64,000 nt of DNA, from the IMG/VR virus record IMGVR_UViG_3300032244_000155, positions 5,306-69,305 of that record. One strand, written 5' to 3'. Each line of letters begins with the position of its first letter. Positions within the stretch are counted from its first letter, which is position 1. The notes beneath the pieces were generated by a model. That model was not told the DNA's origin, ran no database searches, and saw nothing but the letters and a program-made list of their open reading frames with translations. Source of the DNA: a virus. Lineage: Duplodnaviria > Caudoviricetes. This document shows positions 43,845 to 55,050 of the stretch, one piece after another. A program made the translations under genes and the position numbers.

Positions 43845-46745
43845 TTATGCTTGCGCTTCAAGCCAATTCAATCGTGCAAGAACTCCTGCAGTACCGCCAA
43901 TTGGAGTTACAGAAATTGTTAATGTGTCTGGACCATCCGGATACTTATTAGCATCCGTTGTTGGATAGGCTAAAGCATTACCGCCACCAAGAACACTATT
44001 TCCAATATCACGAACTTTAAGCAAGTCAACTGAGTTAAAACCGCCAGGTGGAGCAAAGAATGTCAAAATACTTTCACCACCACTAATAGTGTGTGAATTT
44101 AAATGATCTGCTCTTTGACATAGACTTGATCCACCAACAGGAACAAAGGTTCCACCTGAAATTCTAGCATTTAGAATCAATTCTACACGAACAGGGAAAG
44201 ATGTTGCATAAACACCAACACTAAATGGTTGCAATTGCATACGATTAAGAATTTCGCGTTGTCCCAATGTACCAGTGATACCACTATCTGCTGAAGGTGC
44301 TAAACGAATACTAAAAACTGGATATCTTACTCCTGACGTTGTTGCTGAGTATGAAGTATTAATACCATAGTTGAATAAGAATGATTTGTCATCATCAAAG
44401 CGTCCGTCCATAATTACGGAAGATCCCCAATGACTAATTGTAGTTGCACACTGTGGTCCCCAATATTCAACTAAGATGGGAGCTGTTGCGGAGTATGTAA
44501 ACGTTTGTGCTGTTACGTTGCCGCCCATACCAGTTAATGATCCAGGACCAGTTAAGTTTACAACTGCTCTCGTTAGTCCTGTGAATGTTGTCGCACTTTT
44601 ACCTGTATACCTTACAGCTTCAATTACTCCAGTTAAAGTTGGTGCTTTAATGAGTAACGTCCCTGAATCTGGAAATCCTGCTGTAGATGTCACATTTATC
44701 GTAGTTGCAATATTTGATAATGTGGATGTTATTGTAGTTAAAGGATATAAAGTATTTACTTCATAACGTGCTGGTAAGTTACCAGAACGCATGTATGCTT
44801 CAACCTGAGAATTACCATGCGCTATTCTATGACAGTAAGTAATTTCACCTTTGTTATTTCTAACTCCATAACGAATAACTCCAGCTCCATACCATGAATA
44901 ATCGATAAACCACATTTGCATCTTTGTGATATCTAAAGTCATTCCACTTGGACCAGTACCATCAAGTCTATCTAAATTCCATTGACTTTGAGGAATTCTT
45001 AGTTCAATCACTTTTGTGATCATTGCACGATTTGTGCCAGATAAAGAACTTCCACGATAATCTGGGTAGATTGTCATGCTCGTATCACTTTCAATGCTCA
45101 ATACTTTATAAGTTGAACCTCTAAGGGCTATAAAATCTCCTGGAGTTAAAGATTTTGACCAAGTCGTACTAACGCCAGTAACCGTTTGACTGCCTTGTGA
45201 AACTGTTGATACATATCCTGGAATTTGAGTTGTAGCATTTCTACGAACTGCATTTAAAGTTTGTCCGTCATATTCAAAGAACATGCCATTTTGAGCATCA
45301 AACATTCCAATACGAATACCAGCACCATACCATTGATATGGTTGAACTGTAAAAACATTATTCGCAATAGATGTTGCTGGAGTTGCACTTGGTGTAGATA
45401 AAGCAGTAAATGTGAAAGTTAAATCTGATGGAATAGCTGTTACAGTAAATGTACCATTATATTCAGCCTGATCTGCACCAGAGACTTTAATGACTGCACC
45501 AACACCTAAATTATGTAAATATTTTGTTGTGACTGTAACAGTTGTACCAGATGATGTTATACTTTCAACTTGCCAAGGTGAACAAAGATTTGATCCCGTT
45601 GAAAATTGAATACCTTTACCAGATTGATAGCGGAAATAACGTCTTGTTTGACGAACTAACTGGTTTCCGTGATAAGGATATCCATCAGTAAATGAAACAC
45701 CACCATCGAATGCGCGATGAATGCTTGATCCCCATGTTCTTGGATAGATACTAGCATTTAACACTGCGGTGATTGTACCAGTTGGTGTTCCAGTACTTCC
45801 TGTCGTATTAAACGTGAATGTTTGAGCATTTGGAGTTGTTTGAACAAAATGTGATCCATTTGGTGCATTTGTTGATGCTGTTGTTCCTACAATATAGATT
45901 GCTTGTCCTGGACTCAATCCGTGTGCTACGCTAGTAGTAACGGTAACAGTATCACCAACGTATGTTATTGCATTTGTTGCAGCAGGAATTGGTGCTCCAG
46001 TATAAAATGCACCAACGTAAAGATAAGTTTTTGTTGTATCAAAAATTGAACCGTTTGTTACGTTTGCTCTTGCATAGTATTGAAAACTTGTATTTGTTGT
46101 AATACTTCTTGGTAAATACCAACCATTAGCAGTTTGATCTATAGAATCTTGAATATAAATTGGTGTGCTTTCAGTTATACCTGTCGTATTATTAATAGTT
46201 ACTGTAACTAATCTTGTGCCATTTCCAGCAATGTTTGTAATTTGATATGTTCCTGGATTTTGATTAGGCAAACTTACTGTTCTTGATTCTGCACTAATCC
46301 CTTGAGTGGGATCAAAAAATGCTGATGGACGATTATTTGTTAAACCAACAGTTTCCCATTTTGTCGATTGATTTCCGTATTCAAAGTCAGTATCAATTAA
46401 TGATTGTGGTTGACTAACTCTAAATTTTTCTACAGGATCTCTATATGCTTCAGCTGGGAAAAAAGTTTCATTTACTTCATCAACTATAATGCTAAGAGGA
46501 TCACTTGATGACATGCTTGTCGTATCAAAAGTAAGTACAATTGTTGTACTTTCTGAATTAGGAGAACTTGTTACAGTATAAGAACTTGCCGTCAAAGATG
46601 AATCACTAAAATTATAAATGACAGTATTTGTTCTTGCATTTATAATGAGCAATAATTGATTTCTCTTTATTGCTTTATTTTGAATAAGAATAGTTCTACT
46701 AGAAGGTGTGAATACATAAGATTCACTTATGATACGTTTAGCCAT
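43845..46745 (-). CDS. Large tail/fibre-associated structural protein
   Basis: 966 aa, Thr/Ser-rich, repeated TVTVTT..HGL/HNL..G..I beta modules. Confidence 0.7.
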   Translation of the reverse strand: MAKRIISESYVFTPSSRTILIQNKAIKRNQLLLIINARTNTVIYNFSDSSLTASSYTVTSSPNSESTTIVLTFDTTSMSSSDPLSIIVDEVNETFFPAEAYRDPVEKFRVSQPQSLIDTDFEYGNQSTKWETVGLTNNRPSAFFDPTQGISAESRTVSLPNQNPGTYQITNIAGNGTRLVTVTINNTTGITESTPIYIQDSIDQTANGWYLPRSITTNTSFQYYARANVTNGSIFDTTKTYLYVGAFYTGAPIPAATNAITYVGDTVTVTTSVAHGLSPGQAIYIVGTTASTNAPNGSHFVQTTPNAQTFTFNTTGSTGTPTGTITAVLNASIYPRTWGSSIHRAFDGGVSFTDGYPYHGNQLVRQTRRYFRYQSGKGIQFSTGSNLCSPWQVESITSSGTTVTVTTKYLHNLGVGAVIKVSGADQAEYNGTFTVTAIPSDLTFTFTALSTPSATPATSIANNVFTVQPYQWYGAGIRIGMFDAQNGMFFEYDGQTLNAVRRNATTQIPGYVSTVSQGSQTVTGVSTTWSKSLTPGDFIALRGSTYKVLSIESDTSMTIYPDYRGSSLSGTNRAMITKVIELRIPQSQWNLDRLDGTGPSGMTLDITKMQMWFIDYSWYGAGVIRYGVRNNKGEITYCHRIAHGNSQVEAYMRSGNLPARYEVNTLYPLTTITSTLSNIATTINVTSTAGFPDSGTLLIKAPTLTGVIEAVRYTGKSATTFTGLTRAVVNLTGPGSLTGMGGNVTAQTFTYSATAPILVEYWGPQCATTISHWGSSVIMDGRFDDDKSFLFNYGINTSYSATTSGVRYPVFSIRLAPSADSGITGTLGQREILNRMQLQPFSVGVYATSFPVRVELILNARISGGTFVPVGGSSLCQRADHLNSHTISGGESILTFFAPPGGFNSVDLLKVRDIGNSVLGGGNALAYPTTDANKYPDGPDTLTISVTPIGGTAGVLARLNWLEAQA

Positions 46746-46751
46746 CTGTTT

Positions 46752-47009
46752 TTACTCTTTAATTTCAGTTACTTCAACATCAATTATATCAATCGGAGGA
46801 CCACCGATTAAGTTTAGCCATGGAATATCAACATAAGATAATTCATTTCCGGAAGCCAAAACAATTCTTCCTTGATAGTTAACAACGTGTCCTTCTGAAC
46901 CAAGAAGTCTAGCACATCTATCCATAGCATCGTTGATATTTAAACCAACGACTTCATAAAACCACCATTGATTTGGAAAAGCAGTATTTAATTGTTCATA
47001 TAGACTCAT
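46752..47009 (-). CDS. Hypothetical protein, possibly a fibre chaperone
   Basis: 85 aa with GAGG SD inside the fibre block. Confidence 0.6.
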   Translation of the reverse strand: MSLYEQLNTAFPNQWWFYEVVGLNINDAMDRCARLLGSEGHVVNYQGRIVLASGNELSYVDIPWLNLIGGPPIDIIDVEVTEIKE

Positions 47010-47040
47010 TTTTTATTCCCTCAAATGTTAAGTTACTTGT

Positions 47041-47048
47041 TATTTATA
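47041..47048 (-). promoter_or_regulatory. Late promoter TATAAATA
   Basis: Exact match, intergenic. Confidence 0.75.
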
Positions 47049-47055
47049 AAAAAAA

Positions 47056-49533
47056 TCAACTCCAAAATTGAATTGGAGCTTTTTTAATTGCTGTTGGATC
47101 TACAACTGATTGAATTTGTTTTGCAATATTATAAGGTTTTACAACTTCCAATGTAGATTCTGCATAATATGAACCATATCCGAAAGATTTTGTTGAATTT
47201 TTTCCAGGTGTTGCAATAGAAATATTCAAGTTTCTTAGGGGGTTTGGACCAATCGTTGTACTTAAAAGTTTGGAATATACAGTTGATCCAGATTCAATAA
47301 ATGTTCCAGAAATTTCCGGCAACAAGTCTGAACTTGTGAATGTAATTGAATTATTAGTGGCACTAGTTACATAAACATAATCAATATAACCAGAATTTGA
47401 ATTTCTAATCTTTACAAAATCACCAGCAAAAAACTTTTGATTGAATTGAATTGGAAAGTAAAGAGTTTTTGTCAAAGAAGACACAATCGACTGTTTATTC
47501 CATAGATAACTTTCGTTAGGATTATTTTCTGTGAAAATTGAATCTGTAGTATATCTAATAATTGAAGAATCTAAATTTTGTCCAGTAACTTCTATACTAA
47601 TTTCTGATAGATTTATATTATCTAATGGAGAATAAAATGATAATTTTTCAGAAATAAATTGTATTGGCAAATCCCTATAAAGAGGTTTTGATTCAAATAC
47701 ATTTATGTTTCTAATTTCAATATTTTCCACACTAGCATATGCTGATGTTCTATTATATACAGCTCCTCTTCTTAGACCAGGTGCAAGAGTTGCATAGTAT
47801 AGATTTTCTCTAGCGTTTATTGGAGCAGTAGTTGTCGAAACACTAGATTGACTAATATTTGCGCTAATGTTTGCAAGTAAATATTGATTACCTACGTTAG
47901 CATAAGAAGAAGTTGTATTATATACTGTTCTCCCCCTTAAACCACGTGCAACTATAGAGTAATATAGATTTTCTCTAGCGTTTATTGGAGAAGTAGTTGT
48001 TGAAACGGTAGATTGACTAATATTTGCGCTAATGTTTGCAACATCACGATTTGAGTTTATAACATCATAAGATGATGTTGTATTGTATATTGCACCTCTT
48101 CTTAAACCTTGAGCAAGATTAGCATAATATAGATTTTCTCTAGCGTTTATTGGAGCAGTAGTTGTTGAAACGGTAGATTGTAATGTATTGCTTGTAATAT
48201 TTGCTATTTCATAATTTGATAAAGCAATTGCTTTAATTGGTAATGCAAATTTACCAAAATTATAGTTTCTATCTATTACTTCATAAGATGATGTTGTATT
48301 GTATATTGCACCTCTTCTTAAACCTTGAGCAAGATTAGCATAATATAGATTTTCTCTAGCGTTTATTGGAGCAGTAGTTGTTGAAACGGTAGATTGTAAT
48401 ATATTACTTGCAATAATGTTTACTTTTCTAATATTGTTTGGAAATTCATTGATTGGAATATTGAATGAATTTACTTTTGTATTAACACCAACTGCATTTA
48501 AACGAATTAAAATTTTGTTTGGAGTTGCATAAAATTTAACTTCATTAAGTTTAATTGTGACTCGACCATAATATAACGTCGATGTTGAATCAATAGCTGG
48601 AGCAATAAATGGTGTTTTAAATTGTTGAACTTTTCCTGGTGTAGACGATAATCGATCACCATCATTTATAAGTTTAGTTATAGAAGATAGTTTATTAGGT
48701 AATTTTCTTAAATCTGCTACTTCTTTATATGTTGGACTTGAAAATGTGACTTTAGAAACATTTCTAAAGTCTGCTACTTCTTTATATGTTGGACTTGAAA
48801 ATGTGACTTTAGAAACATTTCTAAAGTCTGGAACTAAAGTTATTGGTGTAGCAGTTGATACGCCCCTTTTGCCTGGCGCCATAATCGACGTAAATAAATT
48901 TGTCGAACTTGTTGTGGCAGTATTTTTATCATAAGTTTGAAATTTATATAAAGTAGTTCCAGAATCAATAAATGTTCCAGATATTTCAGGTAATAAGTTA
49001 TTGCTACTATAAGATATCGAATTAAATGTTGATTCAGTTACAACAAATAATTCTGAATACAAATTGTTGACATTTCGGATTCTTACAGTATCACCAACTT
49101 CAAATCTAATTCTTCTCTGATCTGGGAAATATAATGTTTTTGTTGAAGACGATACGATAGATTGCTTATTCCACAGATAACTTTCGTTAGGATTATTTTC
49201 TGTGAAAATTGAATCTGTAGTATATCTATTAATTGAAGAATCTAAACTTTGCCCAGTTACACTAATACTAAAATCATAATTATTATCTGGAGTGTAATTT
49301 GTTTGTTTAAATAAACTTCTTCTATCCTCTATAGAGCGAATCTCTGCAATTTTTGGCAATTTACCAAAAGTATTGGATACTATGCTTGGAGATTTTACAG
49401 TAGGAATAAATTTAACTTTTTCGCCAGAATATGTTTGAATTCTTAGGGGCGACTTTAGTACAGAAAGAGCCTTAATTCTTCCTACACTAGTTTGATTTGA
49501 AATTTCTCCAAAGGAGTCTAATAGACGAGCCAT
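47056..49533 (-). CDS. Repeat-rich virion protein
   Basis: 825 aa with a duplicated ~110-aa domain at both ends and four internal TTAPINARENLYY repeats. Confidence 0.7.
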   Translation of the reverse strand: MARLLDSFGEISNQTSVGRIKALSVLKSPLRIQTYSGEKVKFIPTVKSPSIVSNTFGKLPKIAEIRSIEDRRSLFKQTNYTPDNNYDFSISVTGQSLDSSINRYTTDSIFTENNPNESYLWNKQSIVSSSTKTLYFPDQRRIRFEVGDTVRIRNVNNLYSELFVVTESTFNSISYSSNNLLPEISGTFIDSGTTLYKFQTYDKNTATTSSTNLFTSIMAPGKRGVSTATPITLVPDFRNVSKVTFSSPTYKEVADFRNVSKVTFSSPTYKEVADLRKLPNKLSSITKLINDGDRLSSTPGKVQQFKTPFIAPAIDSTSTLYYGRVTIKLNEVKFYATPNKILIRLNAVGVNTKVNSFNIPINEFPNNIRKVNIIASNILQSTVSTTTAPINARENLYYANLAQGLRRGAIYNTTSSYEVIDRNYNFGKFALPIKAIALSNYEIANITSNTLQSTVSTTTAPINARENLYYANLAQGLRRGAIYNTTSSYDVINSNRDVANISANISQSTVSTTTSPINARENLYYSIVARGLRGRTVYNTTSSYANVGNQYLLANISANISQSSVSTTTAPINARENLYYATLAPGLRRGAVYNRTSAYASVENIEIRNINVFESKPLYRDLPIQFISEKLSFYSPLDNINLSEISIEVTGQNLDSSIIRYTTDSIFTENNPNESYLWNKQSIVSSLTKTLYFPIQFNQKFFAGDFVKIRNSNSGYIDYVYVTSATNNSITFTSSDLLPEISGTFIESGSTVYSKLLSTTIGPNPLRNLNISIATPGKNSTKSFGYGSYYAESTLEVVKPYNIAKQIQSVVDPTAIKKAPIQFWS
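47740..48400 (-). repeat. Four intragenic ~45-aa repeats; two copies identical over 120 nt
   Basis: 48065-48184 equals 48281-48400; diverged copies near 47915-48040 and 47740-47880. Confidence 0.85.
48713..48830 (-). repeat. Perfect 57-nt tandem duplication (DFRNVSKVTFSSPTYKEVA x2)
   Basis: 48713-48769 equals 48770-48826. Confidence 0.9.
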
Positions 49534-49544
49534 TAATAGTCATT

Positions 49545-49571
49545 TTTAAAAGGCGGAACCGAAGTTCCGCC
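49545..49571 (-). terminator. Terminator with UUCG loop
   Basis: GGCGGAAC-TTCG-GTTCCGCC then TTTT on the minus strand. Confidence 0.8.
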
Positions 49572-49584
49572 AGTTGAAAAGTTA

Positions 49585-52500
49585 TTAAGCAGGTAAAGCA
49601 AATCTGAACGAGTTAGCGTATGTGGTCACACCGTTAGTTGCTTGAGTTGCTCCGTCTTCCAAACTTCTCCACGATTGTTGAATCTGTGTGTTTGATTGTC
49701 TCAATGTCATACGATAAGTCTGAACAGATGAACTTAGAACCCAATGATCTGTAGCTGTTTGAGCCGCGTCATAGAATAGATTGCTATCAATTGTGATACT
49801 TACAGTGTCCATCAATGTTCCTAAACCACTTGGAATAACTTTCATACCATATAGTCTACCACGAACGTCAGGATCATATGCTGGTCCTAGAACGACCACT
49901 GGACTAAACATGAAACGTTTAGCATTGTAGACGTTTGTGAATGTTGGTACAATCTGACCCATATGAATTTGTGGAATCATATCGACTGGTTGAGCAATCA
50001 ATGCGCTGCCTGAAGGTGTGCCAGGACTTACATATGATCCAGTAGCGCCAAATTCGATTTGGTGTCCCCAACGACCTGTAGTAATTGTCAAAGCACTATA
50101 TGTGTGAGCATTTACGCCAACCAAATCAGTTGCTGAGTTTCTTACTCTTGGTACCGAGATAACGTTTCCGTGAACTGGTGCATTACCAGGGTTAGGTAAT
50201 GTCGGATACTGAGATGCACCAACAGGGAATCTAGCACCATTAACATAACCGAAGCATGGCCATGGAGAAATGTTAGGAGTACCATAAACCGCAGATGCGC
50301 CCATACCTTGGAATGTTTGTGAACCACCAGCAATTGCTGTCAAGCTGAATGTATTGTAAGATACACCAGAAGTTGTTCCAAGTCCATTACCAGTATCTTC
50401 TGGCTGCGCTCTTTCAAATTCAACACAACCAATCCAGTTTGTTGGTACGTTCGAAAAACTCTTACCTTGAAGAATAAAGTATCTTGGATTTGCAAAGAGA
50501 TACAAGAAGCCGCCAGTAGTTTGTGAACCAACTTGAGTATCAAACGCAGTACCAATAGCACCAATAGTTACGCTTGATGCACCAATCGTGAGTGATGTGG
50601 GACCAGCATATGTTGAAGTACCTTGGTTGATTGTGCCACCAGAAGATGTGATAGTGTTATTCGCAAAACCTAATGATGTTGGGGGATGTTGCGCTGATGT
50701 TGTTGGAACAGTAATACTACCAGCAATTAAGTTTGCTAAAGTAAATGTAGTTGTTGTTTGTGAACCAATTGCTACAGTTCCGCCAGAACAGTCTGCAAGA
50801 TTAATACCTACACCATTTGTTTGTCCATGTGCTGCAACCCAACGCTCATAAACTGGAGTGTTCCATCCACCAAGTGCTGTAGCAATTGTCGCAGCTGATT
50901 GTGGATGATATCCCGTTATGACTGATCCTGATTGTACAACAACGTTTTGCATCAATGGATAGAAACGGAAACCAACGTATTTTCTATCTAAACTTGTATT
51001 GAATAACGTTGTAGACGCTTCTGCAGACTTATTCGGACACGAATAAACATATTCAATAAAGTCTCCTCCAGTGTTACATGTGTAAACGAGTGCTGGATTT
51101 GTTGTAGTTGCGTAAATAGTATTTTTTAGTGGGTGTCCAAGTGTAATAATGGCACCAGCGATTGCAGCAATATATGTGTATAGCGGAACTGTTCTTGAGA
51201 AAGGAACAGGATTAGCAATAGCAGCCATTGATTGTTGAACTGTAGCAGATGTATCCGATGCAATTGCTGTAACAACAAGATATTGTCCAGCTGCATAAAT
51301 TTCTGTACCAACGTGAAGTTGAGTTAAGAATGCTGTTCCAGATCCAGTTATTGTAGTTCCAGAAGCTGTAATAGTACCACTTAATACTACTGATGGTCCG
51401 CCTGCTCCAGAGATCTTAATAAAGTTATATAGACCAACTGTTGGTGCAGAAGCCACTGTTAAAGTATTTGTTCCAATCGGATAAGTTTGATGTACAGTTG
51501 CAAGCATTGTTGTTGCTTGACTCCACTTAGTTCCTGGTAAGTTGGTACCAGCAGGAGCAACTGTTCCACCATCTCTTGTACCTTCTAAAACGTAACCATG
51601 AATTTTCTTTTTCTTATAGAAAGTCGATGATGTTGAAAGACTATGAGTAAAATCTTGATTAATTCTAAATCTAGTATTACTTAGAATCTGTGTAACGGTG
51701 ACTTCACTGCCATCAATAATTAGTTCGTCACCAACACGAAGTTCAGTTGTAAAAGAGGTGCCTAAACCATTAATATAACTATCTTCTCTACGATATGTAA
51801 TACCTTGTAGAACTTGACGAATTAAACCTACAGGTGTAGCAGCATATCCAGAATAGTCTGTCGTATATGCTAAATTGATTGGATTACCAGCAATATTATT
51901 TTGAATACCAGTGCCATTACTTGCAAAATTGAGTGTTCTTAACTCTTCACCAATCCAAACTTGATCCCCAGTAACCATGTCCCAAGCAAAGTTTACACCT
52001 GTTCCAATAATTGTACTAAATGGTACAGTTGCTGGTCCTGAAAATGCGATTGTGGGTGTCTGACTAATCGTATAAACACCTGCACCACCAGGAGTAAATA
52101 AAGAAACCGATGTTGTAGAAAGATTTCCAGTAAGATTTTTACTAAGTCCAATAGTTGTGCCAGAAATCGATGTAACATATGTGCTATTTGCAATACCAGC
52201 AACAGTAGCACCATTACCAGAAATCAATTGACCAACAAGAACGCCTGTTGCTGATGCTAGAGTGACAGTATTTGCACCACTTGTTCCTGTTGCAGTTGTT
52301 GTTGCAATACCTGTACCTGTAGCACCAAATGCTTGTTCAACAATTGTTGTTCCTGCAATAGGAGTTCCAGTTCCAGCACTTGGTACACCTAAAACTGCAC
52401 CAACTTGAATAACACCAGTTACCGTACCACCAACAGTCAATGTTGTTCCACTTGATGTTACACTAGTCGATTGAATGAGTGTGTTTGAAAGTGCGTTTGC

Positions 52501-53349
52501 TACAGTACCGCGAGCATATGTTTTATAGCGTAGATTGCTATCGGTAAAATCCATTGGAACCGTTACCGCCATTAATGAATTTGTCGAGATAGATTCAACT
52601 TGACGAATTCTGCCATTAATATTAACAGTTCTACCAGCAACACCATTTGTAGCTTTTGTAATTACACCACCAGATACGTTTGCACTAGCATTTGATGTAA
52701 GAACAGCAGTAGTATCGTTTGTGACGCTATCGACTGTAAAGAAATAAGTTGCACCATTTGAAACAATTGTAATTGAATCACCGGGATAAAGTCCATTAAT
52801 GGTTCCTTGTCCAGTTGTAAATGATGTTGATGATCCAGTTAATGTGTTTGAGCCACTTGTTAAAGAAACTGTACCAGTCATTGGTACTGCAGTTACGGAG
52901 TTAGTAGCATCTGATAAGAAATAAGTATTTGCTCCAACAATGTTTTTCGAGCCGTTTGTGACTGACACTGTACCAAAAGTATTATCACGAATTGTAGTTG
53001 TGTCTGAAGTTCCAGTCAATGTCGTATTGATAACTTTAATTGCGCTTGGAACCGTAATTGCTGGGCTAAATGCAACAGTTACACTTAATGATGTGTCGCT
53101 AGTCGGAGTGCTTGCCACAGTTCTCATTTGTCCAGCAATCATGATTACATCACCAGCGCGAACTTGTGTGACAAAAATTGAACCAACTCCTGTTACTGTT
53201 GTTGATGCTGCTGTCGCAGTTCCTTGCAATGTGTCGTTTCTTAGCCATTGATCAACGAGTGCAAATGTTGGCCAAAGATCGGCGCCTGTTCCTGTACCAC
53301 CATATGTGATAGATGCGCTATTTCTACCAAGTTCGTTAATTGTTGCCAT
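49585..53349 (-). CDS. Long tail-fibre-like/adhesin protein
   Basis: 1254 aa, Thr/Gly-rich, recurring GT.F.T.L..GD.I beta repeats. Confidence 0.7.
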   Translation of the reverse strand: MATINELGRNSASITYGGTGTGADLWPTFALVDQWLRNDTLQGTATAASTTVTGVGSIFVTQVRAGDVIMIAGQMRTVASTPTSDTSLSVTVAFSPAITVPSAIKVINTTLTGTSDTTTIRDNTFGTVSVTNGSKNIVGANTYFLSDATNSVTAVPMTGTVSLTSGSNTLTGSSTSFTTGQGTINGLYPGDSITIVSNGATYFFTVDSVTNDTTAVLTSNASANVSGGVITKATNGVAGRTVNINGRIRQVESISTNSLMAVTVPMDFTDSNLRYKTYARGTVANALSNTLIQSTSVTSSGTTLTVGGTVTGVIQVGAVLGVPSAGTGTPIAGTTIVEQAFGATGTGIATTTATGTSGANTVTLASATGVLVGQLISGNGATVAGIANSTYVTSISGTTIGLSKNLTGNLSTTSVSLFTPGGAGVYTISQTPTIAFSGPATVPFSTIIGTGVNFAWDMVTGDQVWIGEELRTLNFASNGTGIQNNIAGNPINLAYTTDYSGYAATPVGLIRQVLQGITYRREDSYINGLGTSFTTELRVGDELIIDGSEVTVTQILSNTRFRINQDFTHSLSTSSTFYKKKKIHGYVLEGTRDGGTVAPAGTNLPGTKWSQATTMLATVHQTYPIGTNTLTVASAPTVGLYNFIKISGAGGPSVVLSGTITASGTTITGSGTAFLTQLHVGTEIYAAGQYLVVTAIASDTSATVQQSMAAIANPVPFSRTVPLYTYIAAIAGAIITLGHPLKNTIYATTTNPALVYTCNTGGDFIEYVYSCPNKSAEASTTLFNTSLDRKYVGFRFYPLMQNVVVQSGSVITGYHPQSAATIATALGGWNTPVYERWVAAHGQTNGVGINLADCSGGTVAIGSQTTTTFTLANLIAGSITVPTTSAQHPPTSLGFANNTITSSGGTINQGTSTYAGPTSLTIGASSVTIGAIGTAFDTQVGSQTTGGFLYLFANPRYFILQGKSFSNVPTNWIGCVEFERAQPEDTGNGLGTTSGVSYNTFSLTAIAGGSQTFQGMGASAVYGTPNISPWPCFGYVNGARFPVGASQYPTLPNPGNAPVHGNVISVPRVRNSATDLVGVNAHTYSALTITTGRWGHQIEFGATGSYVSPGTPSGSALIAQPVDMIPQIHMGQIVPTFTNVYNAKRFMFSPVVVLGPAYDPDVRGRLYGMKVIPSGLGTLMDTVSITIDSNLFYDAAQTATDHWVLSSSVQTYRMTLRQSNTQIQQSWRSLEDGATQATNGVTTYANSFRFALPA

Positions 53350-53396
53350 GTAAATGCTCTCCTAATTTTTTACTAGATTTTTTCAAATTCATGCTG

Positions 53397-53447
53397 TATT
53401 TATAAAATCGATTCATTTAATCTACAGTTATGTTTCCTTTATTTATA
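53397..53447 (-). promoter_or_regulatory. Two tandem late promoters TATAAATA (53397-53404, 53440-53447)
   Basis: Two exact matches upstream of the 1254-aa gene. Confidence 0.75.
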
Positions 53448-53451
53448 ATTA

Positions 53452-55035
53452 TTAATCGTCAAAGATAGTCATCATTAAATTTTTACCCGATCCCGAAACA
53501 ACGTTCACCGTAATATAATCATTAGTTTGAATATAGAAACTTAAACCTGTTATTGTTGTTGATATATTACCAGATGGTAGAGTTAAAAATGTGATTAACT
53601 CATTATTTTTATATAGTCCTAACATAATATCAACACCAGCAACTTCGCCATTTGTGATTTGAACTTTAGTAATTGTTGTGGATTGAATTGGAACAAAAAT
53701 TTGAGTGCCAAGTAAAGGAGCTGAAAAGTCATTTAAAATGTTATAAGTTTTAACTACACCAGTTGAGGTTCCCCCACCTCCAGTATTCGCTTGATTATAA
53801 GCAGCTTGTGCTACAGAAAGTGCAGTATTTGCTTGATTAAATGCATTGTTTGCTTGAACATATGCTACGTTTGCTTGATTGTATGCATTATATACATTTT
53901 GATTTAAATTTGAATATGACGTTTCTGTAATAGTCACATTGCCCAAATAAATGCTTGTGCCGACATAGATATCTTTAAATCTAAAATTCGGTAGACCTAA
54001 ACTATAAACATTGTTTGAAGTTGGTATAATGTTTTGAGAATTTGTATTCCCAGTTATTGTTAATTCAGCAAAAGAAACTGAATTAGAAGTGTTTAAATCT
54101 TGATCGTACAATACAACATTATTTGCAGCATTATAAGCTGCTTGCGCCAATGATGATGCATTATTAGCTTGAACGTAAGCAGCATTTGCTGTTGAATATG
54201 CATTGTTAGCTAATGATGTTCCAGTATTTGCTTGAGCATATGCTGCATTAGAAGTTGAAAATGCACTATTAGCTAGTGCAGTTCCGGTATTTGCTTGTGC
54301 GTAAGCATTATTTGCTATTGTAGAACTAGTATTTGCTTGATTGAAAGCACTTAATGCAATATTGTTAGCGGTAGAAGAATTGTTAGTAGCTGTGTTGGCT
54401 TGTTCGTATGCGCTATTAGCGGTAGACCAAACTAAATTAACTGTAGTATTAGTTGCATATCCACTCAAACTAGGCACAACAATCGTATTTGCGTAATCAT
54501 ATGCCGCTTGCGCTTTATCATTTGCAGTAGAAGCATTAGATGTTGCTGTGTTTGCTTGATTGAATGCGCTGTTCGCCTGACTTCTAGCAAATGGATCAAT
54601 CTGAGTATCACTTACAATTGTATTGGCAAAATCGTAAGCGGCTTGTGCTTTTGCATTTGCTGTATTTGCTGTAGAGAATGCAGCTGCCGCTTGATTGTTT
54701 GCTGTGGCGGCATTAGTAGTAGCAGTATTTGCTTGAGTGTATGAAGCATTGGCTGTAGACCAAGCAGAATTTGCAGTATTTCTAGCAAATTGATCTAATG
54801 TGCCACCAGATAATACTAAAGTGTTAGCATAATCATATGCTGCTTGTGCTAATGATGTTCCAGTATTTGCTTGAGAATATGCTGCATTAGCAGTAGACCA
54901 AGCATACGATAAATTATTTGATGATGCAGAATCTTGTAATTGAAGATCCCAAGCATATCCATTCCATTTCCACGTCTTTGTGCCGACTGTGTGGGTCTGA
55001 TTTAACGTTGGTGATATTGGAAAATTAAGTGCCAT
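53452..55035 (-). CDS. Fibre protein with AYxQAN coiled-coil repeats
   Basis: MALNFPISP..W.WNGYAW N-domain; many AYSQANT/AFNQANT repeats. Confidence 0.72.
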   Translation of the reverse strand: MALNFPISPTLNQTHTVGTKTWKWNGYAWDLQLQDSASSNNLSYAWSTANAAYSQANTGTSLAQAAYDYANTLVLSGGTLDQFARNTANSAWSTANASYTQANTATTNAATANNQAAAAFSTANTANAKAQAAYDFANTIVSDTQIDPFARSQANSAFNQANTATSNASTANDKAQAAYDYANTIVVPSLSGYATNTTVNLVWSTANSAYEQANTATNNSSTANNIALSAFNQANTSSTIANNAYAQANTGTALANSAFSTSNAAYAQANTGTSLANNAYSTANAAYVQANNASSLAQAAYNAANNVVLYDQDLNTSNSVSFAELTITGNTNSQNIIPTSNNVYSLGLPNFRFKDIYVGTSIYLGNVTITETSYSNLNQNVYNAYNQANVAYVQANNAFNQANTALSVAQAAYNQANTGGGGTSTGVVKTYNILNDFSAPLLGTQIFVPIQSTTITKVQITNGEVAGVDIMLGLYKNNELITFLTLPSGNISTTITGLSFYIQTNDYITVNVVSGSGKNLMMTIFDD

Positions 55036-55050
55036 GAATTTATATACCTA

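Noticed and set aside
47740-48830. CRISPR array or diversity-generating retroelement TR/VR pair
   Set aside because: The repeats are in frame within a coding gene, have no unique equal-length spacers and no adenine-specific mismatches, and there is no cas or reverse transcriptase gene in the window.
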